Shown one piece after another: positions 1 through 9,133 of a stretch of DNA of 30,556 bases. Every line of letters starts with the position of its first letter. Within the stretch, counting starts at the first letter, position 1. The notes beneath the pieces were generated by a model. The model made no database searches. It was not told the origin of the DNA and worked only from the letters and a program-made list of their open reading frames with translations. Source of the stretch: a virus (Duplodnaviria; Caudoviricetes); IMG/VR virus record IMGVR_UViG_3300032312_000364, positions 1 through 30,556 of that record; one strand, given 5' to 3'. A program made the translations under genes and the position numbers.

Positions 1-95
1 CCAAATGCTTCAAGCCAAGTTGTTGGCATTGCGTCAAGTGCATTTAATCTTTCTTCTTCTGTACCATCTCTTGTTTTAATATCTAAACCAATCAT
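1..95 (-). CDS. 5' end of a gene running off the window, probably a large internal virion (ejection) protein
   Basis: ATG at 95-93 overlaps the TAA of the 667-aa ORF (TAATG coupling). It reads MIGLDIKTRDGTEEERLNALDAMPTTWLEAF, open to the window edge. Function inferred from position only. Confidence 0.6.
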   Translation of the reverse strand, partial: MIGLDIKTRDGTEEERLNALDAMPTTWLEAF

Positions 96-2098
96 TATGG
101 TGAGTATTGGTTATAATTAATTTCTCTTACCGCTTCATAGCTAGTAATTTGATCCATAGGAATTTTAAAAGTATTTCCATTTTTATCTTTTATTAATTTA
201 AATTCACCATCATAATCTTTAAAATCTATTCTAATATTTTGATTATTAATTCTCATTGGCGTAAATAAACCATTAGCACCTTTAACTCCAAATTTAATTC
301 CTGTATTACCATCCATATACCAATCACCATTTTTTTTAAAAAAATCTATAGATTCTTGTTGAGATAATAATTTTCCACCTTTACCAACTGGATCAATACT
401 AAAATCACTAAAATCAATATCATCATAATAAAGTTTAGTTTTAAATATTTGATTTTTAGCGTCTATAAGACCAGTGTTTACAAGTTTTCCATTAACATCA
501 AAAGGAATATAAAAATTATCATTAGTAGTTTCATAATCCGCTATAAAACCTAATGACAATTTATTTGCAGCATCAGATACATCAGAATATTTACCTTCAT
601 AAATACCTCTCATTGCAGCATTTTTAATTGTTGTAACTGTTGTTCCTAATGATTGAGAGTAAGTTGCATAACCATCTGGTTGATTTGCTATAATATCTGC
701 AAGAGGTTTTATATTTTTAGTAATTTTATTTATTAATTCTATTTCAATATTTTGTTCAGGAAATTTTGCTTTAACAATTTTTTTCTCATCATCGTTTAAT
801 TCTCCTAACAAAGAAAAATTTTGTAAATCTAAATCATTAGTAGATATAGCAAGAGATATGTGTTTTCCTATTTTTTGATCAATTTGTTTATTAATATATG
901 GCATAGCATCTCCATAAAATGCTTTTAAATCTCTAACAACTTTTTGTTTTTGCTTAACATCTTTTGTTCCTTTAATTAAATCACCAATTTCTTGTATTTT
1001 ATTATTTGGTAAATATGTTCTATATTCATCTGGTATTTTTTGTTGATCATATTTTGCATCTAATGATTTTTTAAAAACACTAAATTGATTTGGATCTTGC
1101 AAAGATTGCAAATAATCTTGATTTATTTTTGGATCTAAATTTATAAAATATTCAGCAGCTCCTTGTTCATTAATTGTTTTTCTTTTTTCATCTAATGCTT
1201 TTTGTGCAATATTTTTAATTTTTGTTTGCGTTTGTTCATCTGGATATCTTTGTTGTATTATAGGTAATAATGAATTTAATGTATCAGATTGTTGAGGATA
1301 TGGAGTATCTTTAATTATTGATTTTATAAAATTAGTATCATTTTCTTCTTGTCTTTTTGCAGAAATTGTTTGAGCATAAGAAATAAATTTATTTCTATCT
1401 TCTAAATCAACTAATGAATATAAACTAGGATTTTCCCTTAATCTGTTTAAAAAATTTTCATCAGTTCTTGAATCTTTTTGCATAGCTAAAGTTTCAATAG
1501 ATTTATAAATATTATCTAATTCAAACTTTTTCTTATTAACGCTAACAGTTGGATCTGGATCTGAAATTTGTGTATTAACTAAATCTGCAGCTTTTTGTTT
1601 TGCAAAATCTATATCTATAGCACCAATATTAATTTCTGTAAAAATACCAGACTTTGCATCATTTAAAACTTTATTTTTTTCAAACTCCATTAATAATCTT
1701 GATTTTTGTAATGTAGCTAAATTAATAGTTGAAAGAGAAGCATTTCCTTTTTCTAAAAATCTTTTTTTAACAAAATTATTTTCATTAGCTAATTCATTAT
1801 CAACAATAGATTGAATTGTTTCTTTTCCTTCTTTTAAAAAACTAGAAGATGCTTCGCTAGGAAATGGGTTTTTAGAATGTTTATCAAAAGCATCATATAA
1901 TTTTGGTAATAATTTATTTTCATAATCTAATGATTTTATCTTAGCCTCTTCTTCTCTTTCTTTAATATAATAATTAGCTACTAACGATTGTGCTTTAGTA
2001 AAAACATCATTAGTAACTGGAACTTGAAAAGAAGTTCTAACGCTAGGTACTTCAGCAGTTGGTCTTCCTTGTGCTTCAAATGTAGGTATCTTTGGCAT
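95..2098 (-). CDS. Putative internal virion/ejection protein
   Basis: 667 aa, helical-looking, MPKIPTF N-terminus. Lies downstream of the tail tubular and small internal-protein genes, as in T7/BPP-1-like podoviruses. Confidence 0.6.
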   Translation of the reverse strand: MPKIPTFEAQGRPTAEVPSVRTSFQVPVTNDVFTKAQSLVANYYIKEREEEAKIKSLDYENKLLPKLYDAFDKHSKNPFPSEASSSFLKEGKETIQSIVDNELANENNFVKKRFLEKGNASLSTINLATLQKSRLLMEFEKNKVLNDAKSGIFTEINIGAIDIDFAKQKAADLVNTQISDPDPTVSVNKKKFELDNIYKSIETLAMQKDSRTDENFLNRLRENPSLYSLVDLEDRNKFISYAQTISAKRQEENDTNFIKSIIKDTPYPQQSDTLNSLLPIIQQRYPDEQTQTKIKNIAQKALDEKRKTINEQGAAEYFINLDPKINQDYLQSLQDPNQFSVFKKSLDAKYDQQKIPDEYRTYLPNNKIQEIGDLIKGTKDVKQKQKVVRDLKAFYGDAMPYINKQIDQKIGKHISLAISTNDLDLQNFSLLGELNDDEKKIVKAKFPEQNIEIELINKITKNIKPLADIIANQPDGYATYSQSLGTTVTTIKNAAMRGIYEGKYSDVSDAANKLSLGFIADYETTNDNFYIPFDVNGKLVNTGLIDAKNQIFKTKLYYDDIDFSDFSIDPVGKGGKLLSQQESIDFFKKNGDWYMDGNTGIKFGVKGANGLFTPMRINNQNIRIDFKDYDGEFKLIKDKNGNTFKIPMDQITSYEAVREINYNQYSP

Positions 2099-2595
2099 TA
2101 GTTTGTTCCTGAAGTTCCAATGCTTGTTCCAGTTGGTTTTAAATAACCACCCATTCCAAGTAAACTTGTTCCTGTTTGCATTATTGTACCCATTTGTGCA
2201 GTTCTTGCTGTTTGTCTAGCAACCTGTCCCTGTATCCTAAAAAAATTAGCTTCTTCAAACTTTCTTGCTTGACCAATCTTAGCATTATATTCCATAATAT
2301 TTCTTTCTTTTTCAGCCTCTTCTGCATTAGCTCTTAATATTCTTAAACCTGTACCAGAAAAATCTGCACCAGTTTTTGCAATCCTAGTTGTAGTTTGTCC
2401 CTGTAATTGTTGAAACTTTTGATCAAATCTAGATATATCAAATTCTAATTGTTTTTCAATCTGTGCTGCTTCTTGTTCTGCAATCTGTGCATTACGATTT
2501 TGAACTGCTTGATTGTATTTACCTGCAGCACCTTGCTGCTGGTATTGCATAGCACCTAAGCCACCTACAACTAAATATGGTACTGCTGGTGCCAT
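2098..2595 (-). CDS. Small internal virion protein (T7 gp14-like position)
   Basis: Gly/Ala-rich hydrophobic N-terminus, Q/A-rich coiled region, Gly-rich C-terminus; synteny. Confidence 0.65.
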   Translation of the reverse strand: MAPAVPYLVVGGLGAMQYQQQGAAGKYNQAVQNRNAQIAEQEAAQIEKQLEFDISRFDQKFQQLQGQTTTRIAKTGADFSGTGLRILRANAEEAEKERNIMEYNAKIGQARKFEEANFFRIQGQVARQTARTAQMGTIMQTGTSLLGMGGYLKPTGTSIGTSGTN

Positions 2596-3086
2596 TAGAA
2601 AATCCTCGCAAATCTATAATGATCAGAACCATCAAAACCATAGTTCCTCATTAATCCTTCGTTACTTAATCCCATCCATTTAGCAAATCTAATACCAATA
2701 CCAAAGTCTGCTCTTACAGCAGTTTGTATTCTTTTAAAGTTATGAGCTTTTGCTAATTCTTCAAAATTCTTTTTAATTGCACGAGCAATAACAATAGGGT
2801 GATTCCAAATATCATAAGTTGCAAGAACCCAACCTTCTCCAACATTACCCCATATTCTTTTGATACCAGCTGATGCAACAATCTGTCTATTGACTGCACC
2901 TGTAAATGCTAATCCATTTTCTTCTAAATTCATACATTCAGTCATATTGTCATTAGCTAAAAAATTTGCATCTAATTGCATAAGTTTATGATTCATTTGA
3001 GATTGCATAATTATTTTACCATGATCAGATATGTATGGTATAATTACTAATCTATCTTTATCTTCATTCATAATATTAACCATCAT
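2595..3086 (-). CDS. GNAT-fold protein (T7 gp13-like position)
   Basis: C-terminal RIQTAVRADF...RFAKWMGLSNEGLMRNYG resembles the acetyltransferase-fold motif. Directly follows tail tubular protein B. Confidence 0.65.
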   Translation of the reverse strand: MMVNIMNEDKDRLVIIPYISDHGKIIMQSQMNHKLMQLDANFLANDNMTECMNLEENGLAFTGAVNRQIVASAGIKRIWGNVGEGWVLATYDIWNHPIVIARAIKKNFEELAKAHNFKRIQTAVRADFGIGIRFAKWMGLSNEGLMRNYGFDGSDHYRFARIF

Positions 3087-5337
3087 TTGTAATCAATTCT
3101 GGGTATAACGATAAAACTGTTAAAGGTAAAGGTTGAGTTTGACGTACATAAATGAAACCATCAGTTTCATAGTTGCCTCTAAACTCTACTTCCTTATCAC
3201 CTGTAAATACTGGGATAGCTTGATCCATAGGATTAGCAGAAGATCTAAATGGAATTGATTCCATATTATCTAAGTTTGGTCCAACCTCTACACCAATAGA
3301 TTCATAAAGTCTTACTGTAATATTATATATTCGTTTTGTTTTAGCTTGTGATGTACCATTTTGTGAACCAGCATCTAATCTCATTGTTTGTAATAGTGAT
3401 GTATATTTTAATCCAACTTTAACTTTAGTAGATGATCTTGCTAAAGTAATAGATCCACCAGATACAGTTCTATCTGGATGTGTTGCACCATTTGCAAGAA
3501 CAGATACAGTTTGTCCCTCAAGATGATCTAATCCAGAAATTGTAGTAGTTGCAGATCCAGAGTAAGCAAGTTGTGAATCTAAGAAATTAAAGTTTGAATT
3601 ATCTGTTTGATCAAAATCAAATTGATTAATGTATTCAACATAACGTCTTGTAACACCATTAATGGTACGTTTAACAATAACCCATGATTGATATTCTTTA
3701 TCATCTGTAGGAATAGTAGCTATGGATTCGCATACTGCAATACCTGTACTAAATGCACCACCAAATATATGTTGATGCCAAGCAACAACTTGTTGTTCTC
3801 TTTGATAAGTTAAACAAACTAATTTACCATCTGATCTAACACACCAAATAAGTTGATTTGGTTCTTGTTGATAAGACATAGAGTTAATTCCAGATTCTGA
3901 AATATGTTCAGCAAGAATAGTCATGTCAGGTGCAACATAACCATCAACGTCAAAGTTATAAGCTAGTTCTCTAATCTTTCTTTTAGCACGTTGTAAAAAT
4001 AAAGTTACGTTTCCAACAGGAATTGCATCTATATTTGCACAACCATGATTAGATTGTTTTTTAATAAGAATGTTTGTTGGAGTTACTGGATCATCTGTAC
4101 CACCACCTGATACTGAAAATTCTCCACCTACTGTACCAACAATTAATGTTCGTGTTGCAGATAAAAATCTAATTGCATTAACTTGGTTAGAAGCGATTGT
4201 ATAAATGATTGCATCATCATCTGCTACTGTAGTATGATAACCATCATCCATGTTTTCATAATCACCTGATTTAGAAAAGAATAAAGTTTGAGGTTGATGT
4301 TCAGTTCCTGCAAATACTAATCTTTGTTCATAGAAAGTTACGCAAGAAGGATAGCCTGTATATTCTGACCATGCACCTAAAGCCCAGTCTGTACTTGCAC
4401 TAGATGCTGTAAATGTTTTTATTACTGTACCTACAACAACTGTTGTAGAAGTGATTGATGTAATTTTAAAATGTCCATCATCAAAATGAACTAATCTTCC
4501 AATATCAGCAGATGTAAAACCATTGCCATCATTAATACCTGTTGTTGATGATGCGGTTACTGTTGTTGTTTGACCAGCTTGTCTGTTTGATGGATTTAAT
4601 GTTGTAGTTGTAATATTATGATCTAAGAATGGTCCATTAGAAAAATCTACATTTGTAATAGTCCAAGAGGTATGACCAGTTCTTGATAATTTTCTTGGTG
4701 GAAAATCAGGATGACAAATGTACATAACGTCAGCTGATTGAGCAAATTTTAAATCTGCTAGATCTGCTGTTTCATAAGTTGTTGTTAATGTGTAAACTCT
4801 ATTTGCAACACCACCTGATGTATAAGTTGTGTAAGAAGTTGTATTAACATTGTTTCCATCTACATCTTGTAAAGCAAATGTATTAGTTGCAACACTTGCT
4901 ACCTTAAATCTTTTACCATTAACTTGTGTCATTCCTACAACACCAGAAATAACAACTGTATCTCCATTAGCAAAACCATGTGATGCAGATGTTACAACAC
5001 CAGGATTAGCTTTTGTAATTGCTGTGATTGTTTTATTAGATTCTAATATTGCACCACTGTCTTTATAAAAACGAATATAAAGATCACCAAATTCTAAAAT
5101 GTAAGTTTGTGTTGTTGAAAATTCAAAAGGTATTAATCTTGTAAATGCTGATGATGTTTTAACTTCAGCTACAAATGTTGTGCCTGGTCTTCTTGCTGCA
5201 GATCCATGAGGATAGACAACCATGTTCTGTAAAGTCTTACAACCAGATGCGTATTTGGCTAGATCATTTCTACCATCTAAACGTGGTGATAATTCTCCAC
5301 CTGTAAAGTTTGTTAATTGAACAGCAACTCTAGCCAT
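3076..5337 (-). CDS. Tail tubular protein B (nozzle)
   Basis: 753 aa with motifs NFTGGELSP, RRPGT, FAQSADVM, YPSCVTFYEQRL and AWHQH, typical of podovirus nozzle proteins. Confidence 0.9.
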   Translation of the reverse strand: MARVAVQLTNFTGGELSPRLDGRNDLAKYASGCKTLQNMVVYPHGSAARRPGTTFVAEVKTSSAFTRLIPFEFSTTQTYILEFGDLYIRFYKDSGAILESNKTITAITKANPGVVTSASHGFANGDTVVISGVVGMTQVNGKRFKVASVATNTFALQDVDGNNVNTTSYTTYTSGGVANRVYTLTTTYETADLADLKFAQSADVMYICHPDFPPRKLSRTGHTSWTITNVDFSNGPFLDHNITTTTLNPSNRQAGQTTTVTASSTTGINDGNGFTSADIGRLVHFDDGHFKITSITSTTVVVGTVIKTFTASSASTDWALGAWSEYTGYPSCVTFYEQRLVFAGTEHQPQTLFFSKSGDYENMDDGYHTTVADDDAIIYTIASNQVNAIRFLSATRTLIVGTVGGEFSVSGGGTDDPVTPTNILIKKQSNHGCANIDAIPVGNVTLFLQRAKRKIRELAYNFDVDGYVAPDMTILAEHISESGINSMSYQQEPNQLIWCVRSDGKLVCLTYQREQQVVAWHQHIFGGAFSTGIAVCESIATIPTDDKEYQSWVIVKRTINGVTRRYVEYINQFDFDQTDNSNFNFLDSQLAYSGSATTTISGLDHLEGQTVSVLANGATHPDRTVSGGSITLARSSTKVKVGLKYTSLLQTMRLDAGSQNGTSQAKTKRIYNITVRLYESIGVEVGPNLDNMESIPFRSSANPMDQAIPVFTGDKEVEFRGNYETDGFIYVRQTQPLPLTVLSLYPELITNDG

Positions 5338-5342
5338 GGTTT

Positions 5343-5924
5343 TTAAAACCTAGAGTTGATAAACGTATTTGAATCTACTACAGATGCCATACCCATTTCC
5401 TGATCTGTGTTATATCCTTCAGTTGAATCTACAAATCTAGCATCTTTTAATTTTTCTTGATACAGTGAATACATTTGAGTAGCTACTGGATTAGATGAAG
5501 TTACTGCATAAGCAATATCAGCAGCTAACGCAGCACTTAAAACTTCTCTAAGTAATTGATCGTATTCATTAGGATCTTCAACTCTTGATATATATAATAT
5601 TTTCATAGAAGTAGAGTGAGATAAAATCTTTCTTCCTTCTACAACGTGATCAGATTCGTAATCTAAAATTTTAATTAATCTTAAACAATCTGATGGTAGT
5701 GTAAATTGTTTTGTAAATCCCCAAGCTGGTGTTTCTGTATCAGCTGGTAGTTGAGCTCGTTTTAACAAACAGTTCCAAGGATGATGTCTAAATACTGCAT
5801 CTCTTACATTTAAATATCTAGCATTGCAAAGTCTTGCATTCTTAGAATCTTCTGTAAGTGTTAAGATTGTAGATGCACCTAATTGATTTAAAGCTCCGTT
5901 ACAAATTTCTACTACTGATGCCAT
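5343..5924 (-). CDS. Tail tubular protein A (adaptor)
   Basis: 193 aa with EICNGALNQLG, HPWN and LPSDCLR motifs. Confidence 0.88.
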   Translation of the reverse strand: MASVVEICNGALNQLGASTILTLTEDSKNARLCNARYLNVRDAVFRHHPWNCLLKRAQLPADTETPAWGFTKQFTLPSDCLRLIKILDYESDHVVEGRKILSHSTSMKILYISRVEDPNEYDQLLREVLSAALAADIAYAVTSSNPVATQMYSLYQEKLKDARFVDSTEGYNTDQEMGMASVVDSNTFINSRF

Positions 5925-5925
5925 A

Positions 5926-6150
5926 TTAGTCTTTCTTTACTACAATATTGTATTTTTGCCAAATCTCTTCTTGAGATAATCCTTGTTCATCTTCTTTTTG
6001 TTTATTTCTTGAATTAATCTTATTTTGTTTAATAATCTCAACTAATGCGTATCTATAAACATCGCTAGATCCATTCCATTCAAAGTGTAATAGATGTTTA
6101 GGTTCTGCATAGATTTCTAATAATCTTGGATCAAAATCACTTAGAGTCAT
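5926..6150 (-). CDS. Hypothetical protein, paralog of 6137..6346
   Basis: 74 aa. Shares the LH...YRYxLV...LxxxEI pattern with its neighbour. Confidence 0.7.
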   Translation of the reverse strand: MTLSDFDPRLLEIYAEPKHLLHFEWNGSSDVYRYALVEIIKQNKINSRNKQKEDEQGLSQEEIWQKYNIVVKKD

Positions 6151-6346
6151 TTTTAATAATGTACTTTCTTCTTAATTGTCTTGGTTTAACTTTAGCAAAG
6201 ATCTCAGCTTCTGTAAGTTCTAAGTCTTTATCAAAACCATGATGTGCAGTTGATGTATGTTTAAATCTATCAACTAGAACATAGCGATAGATATAATCTT
6301 TATTTTGTAAATGTAAAATGGTTTTTATTTCGTTTGTTTTTTTCAT
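6137..6346 (-). CDS. Hypothetical protein, paralog of 5926..6150
   Basis: 69 aa ORF within the operon. Confidence 0.7.
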   Translation of the reverse strand: MKKTNEIKTILHLQNKDYIYRYVLVDRFKHTSTAHHGFDKDLELTEAEIFAKVKPRQLRRKYIIKNDSK

Positions 6347-6351
6347 TAGAC

Positions 6352-6377
6352 ATAGTGGGGATTTTACTCCCCACTAT
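6352..6377 (-). terminator. Stem-loop after the capsid/cement genes (terminator or mRNA stabiliser)
   Basis: Perfect 10-bp stem ATAGTGGGGA/TCCCCACTAT with a 6-nt loop; weak U-tract. Confidence 0.7.
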
Positions 6378-6397
6378 TAATTAGTTATTAACTATTT

Positions 6398-6895
6398 CTA
6401 GTTAACTGTGTACTCTATAATAAAACTTAGATCACCAGCAGTATCACCAGCCGCAGGAAAATTAATTCCTACGAAGTAAGTCGTAGCAGGATCAGACGAA
6501 AGTCCAGCATCTTGCCAAACTTTTTGTCCCATTTTATTTATATCTCTAGCTTCAAATGCAACTTCAGTTCCTGTTTTTACAGCACCTCTTAATTCTGTAA
6601 TCGCAGAAGCGTAAGCGTCAGCATCTACCACAGCTAAAGCTGTAGTATATAAACCAACATCAGCAGTGATTGTAGTAGCAGAATCTAAATCATCATTGAA
6701 GATTTTGATTGAACTAATACTAGCATTGCTTGGTATTGGTGCTAACATAACTGTGTCTGAAGCACTTAAATCGCCAGCAGCTAAAGCTATTGTTCCTTGT
6801 GCAATTCTTTTTACACCATGCAGTTCTTCTGCAGAGTTTAGCACTTGAGGAACAGCAACAAAGTTAGCTACTAGACTTGTATTTACGTTTGCCAT
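6398..6895 (-). CDS. Capsid decoration/cement protein
   Basis: 165 aa, beta-rich, immediately downstream of the major capsid gene. Confidence 0.6.
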   Translation of the reverse strand: MANVNTSLVANFVAVPQVLNSAEELHGVKRIAQGTIALAAGDLSASDTVMLAPIPSNASISSIKIFNDDLDSATTITADVGLYTTALAVVDADAYASAITELRGAVKTGTEVAFEARDINKMGQKVWQDAGLSSDPATTYFVGINFPAAGDTAGDLSFIIEYTVN

Positions 6896-6919
6896 ATTTT
6901 TATTCTCCTATTGTTAGTA

Positions 6920-7804
6920 TTATTCGTCGCAAGCTATTTCGACAACTTTTTCTTCTTCCATTCTAGTTGCACCAATGCTCATAGCGTAATAAACTTGAGT
7001 GCTGTACGATTTGTCAGCTCTCTCGTCAATTCTAGCTAGAACATCTTGACCAACCGCTAATTTAATAGCGTCTGATGTGAATGCGTAACATAGTCTGTCG
7101 TCAGTGTTAGTTGCGTCAAATGGTAATCTATTGCTAACAATAAATTTAAAACCTAAGAAAGAGTCTATTTGACCCTGAGCTAGTGCTTTAACTGTATTGA
7201 AATCGCTAGATGTGATTTGAGTTGTTCCTAATAGATTGCTAATTTGTCTTGGTCCACAAAGGAAGAATCTAGGTAAACTAGGATCAACGTCTGCTAAGTC
7301 CAATATTTTTTTAGCTTCTAAAAGTTTAGTAATGCTCAAACCACCAGCTGCATCGTTACCTTGTGATGAACTATAAGGTTTTTGCCCAGCAGGTAATACA
7401 ACAGAAGTAGATCCTGTTTCACCTGTAAAGCTAGTACCACCTAAAGCAGCGATTACTACATCATCCATAGCTCTTCCCATAGCAGCAGCCGCAGCTTTTG
7501 CATAAGAAGAAGTTGGATCAATTAATAATCTAACTTTGTCTGCATTGTCTATTAGATCAGCCCACTCGTAATCTGCAAGACTTACTCGTCTTCTTGAGTG
7601 TGGTGTATCTAATTGTGGAGTATCAGCGTGTCTAGATGTTCTTAATTGAGCAGTTGTTTTACCAACTTGATCAAAGAACGCATTCTTTCCTACTACTGAC
7701 TCAACATCCACAACTCCTCTTAGTAATGATCCCATTTGCTGAGATAACATTTGTACGTTTGAACTGTACTGCTGTACAAAAGCAGTTGTTATTTGATTTG
7801 ACAT
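6920..7804 (-). CDS. Major capsid protein
   Basis: 294 aa. ITTAFVQQY, QQMGSLLR, DTPHSRRR, FLGFKF and GATRMEEEKVV are characteristic of this podovirus capsid family. Confidence 0.92.
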   Translation of the reverse strand: MSNQITTAFVQQYSSNVQMLSQQMGSLLRGVVDVESVVGKNAFFDQVGKTTAQLRTSRHADTPQLDTPHSRRRVSLADYEWADLIDNADKVRLLIDPTSSYAKAAAAAMGRAMDDVVIAALGGTSFTGETGSTSVVLPAGQKPYSSSQGNDAAGGLSITKLLEAKKILDLADVDPSLPRFFLCGPRQISNLLGTTQITSSDFNTVKALAQGQIDSFLGFKFIVSNRLPFDATNTDDRLCYAFTSDAIKLAVGQDVLARIDERADKSYSTQVYYAMSIGATRMEEEKVVEIACDE

Positions 7805-7849
7805 ATTGTCATTTCCTTTTGTTAAGTTAAGTTTAAGTTTATTTCAGAA

Positions 7850-7990
7850 AGTTCCCCACCACCAAGGTAGGCTATCTTGCATTTAACGACTGTTAGTCGG
7901 TTGTCTTTCCAACAGGCAAGTAAGGTTCTAATAGAATTGTCTTACAATTTCTAAGAAGATTTAATTAAAAATCTCCCTAGAAATCGCAAT
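7850..7990 (-). promoter_or_regulatory. Structured 5' leader of the major capsid gene
   Basis: Several hairpins (7947-7984, 7920-7945, multibranch 7876-7920, 7855-7871). Mismatches resolve as G-U pairs on the minus strand. RBS AAAAGGA lies before the ATG. Confidence 0.6.
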
Positions 7991-8019
7991 ATAGTATTTT
8001 TGATTTGATTGCAATAGAA

Positions 8020-8895
8020 TTATTGATTTAATAATTCTCTTAATGCTAGCACCTGATTAACTACTTTGTTGTGATTAGGGTGCATTTTATTCCAATAAGC
8101 ACCTTGCTTATCAGTTGTTAACTCATCAATTTCTTTTTCAATATCTCTACCTTGAAGAATATTTTCGGCTTCTGTACCGATAATTTTATCTTCAGATAAG
8201 AGATTAGCAATATTAGCAAATGCTTTAATGATCTTTGGATTATCACCTAATCTAGATCCATCTCTTAATTGAGTATCAAGAAGTTCTGGTTCTAAATAAG
8301 TTTGAGCAACATTTGCAGCTTTTCTCAAGTTGTCATCGTATGCTCTTCCCCATTCTGATCTTAAAGCATTAGTAGCTTCAGCTTGTGCAGTTTCCATATT
8401 CACTGACATTTCTTTTGCTGAGCCTTCTAATGTTGATTTATAAAACTCTAATATGCCTTGAGCTTGTTTATTATTTAAACCTAGCTTGTGAGCATTTTGT
8501 GCGAATCCTTTGATTACTTTTTCATCAACAGGAGCAACATCAGTTTTAAATTCTAGTTTATAATTATCAGGAGTTTCTGGTCTTCCTAATTTATTATACA
8601 CTTCATTCCACTGTTCATCTGTTGCAGACTTTCCTGGAAGAGGAATCTTATCAGTTCCAATCATAGATACTGCATTGATGTAGCTTTTAGCTAACGCATC
8701 TAGTTCAGTAAATTTTTCTATGTTTGGATTTGATCTATACTCTTCAGAGATCGCTTCTTTCCAAGTCTTACCAGAAGATGGTTGAGTTGGTTGTTGTGTT
8801 GAGCTTAGTATTGGTTGTGATGTTTCCTGTGTACTTTGTGTTGTTGCACTTGTAACAGGCTGAGTTCCCTCAGTTGTCTGTACTTGTTCTAACAT
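8020..8895 (-). CDS. Capsid scaffolding/assembly protein
   Basis: Low-complexity T/Q N-terminus, LAKSY, KLGRPE, LRSEWG and YW..HPNH motifs. Sits between portal and capsid genes. Confidence 0.8.
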   Translation of the reverse strand: MLEQVQTTEGTQPVTSATTQSTQETSQPILSSTQQPTQPSSGKTWKEAISEEYRSNPNIEKFTELDALAKSYINAVSMIGTDKIPLPGKSATDEQWNEVYNKLGRPETPDNYKLEFKTDVAPVDEKVIKGFAQNAHKLGLNNKQAQGILEFYKSTLEGSAKEMSVNMETAQAEATNALRSEWGRAYDDNLRKAANVAQTYLEPELLDTQLRDGSRLGDNPKIIKAFANIANLLSEDKIIGTEAENILQGRDIEKEIDELTTDKQGAYWNKMHPNHNKVVNQVLALRELLNQ

Positions 8896-8896
8896 T

Positions 8897-9115
8897 TTAT
8901 TTTCCTTTTAGTTTATCATTTAGCAGCATGTTTTTAATAAATAGAAGAACGCTGCGTTGTCCCTCCATATATGCACTCTCATGACTATCCCCTCTAATAT
9001 TAGTGGTAGCATTATAGTGGCATCTCTTTTCTAAATCTTGCATGACAATCTTGCCATCATCAGATTCAAAAACCATTTTATAATATTCTTTTAATTTATT
9101 TACTTGATCTTCCAT
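8897..9115 (-). CDS. Bbp19-like small protein
   Basis: F.SDDGKIVMQDL...AYMEGQRSV motif; directly after the portal gene. Confidence 0.7.
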   Translation of the reverse strand: MEDQVNKLKEYYKMVFESDDGKIVMQDLEKRCHYNATTNIRGDSHESAYMEGQRSVLLFIKNMLLNDKLKGK

Positions 9116-9133
9116 TCATTTTCCTTTCGTTTG

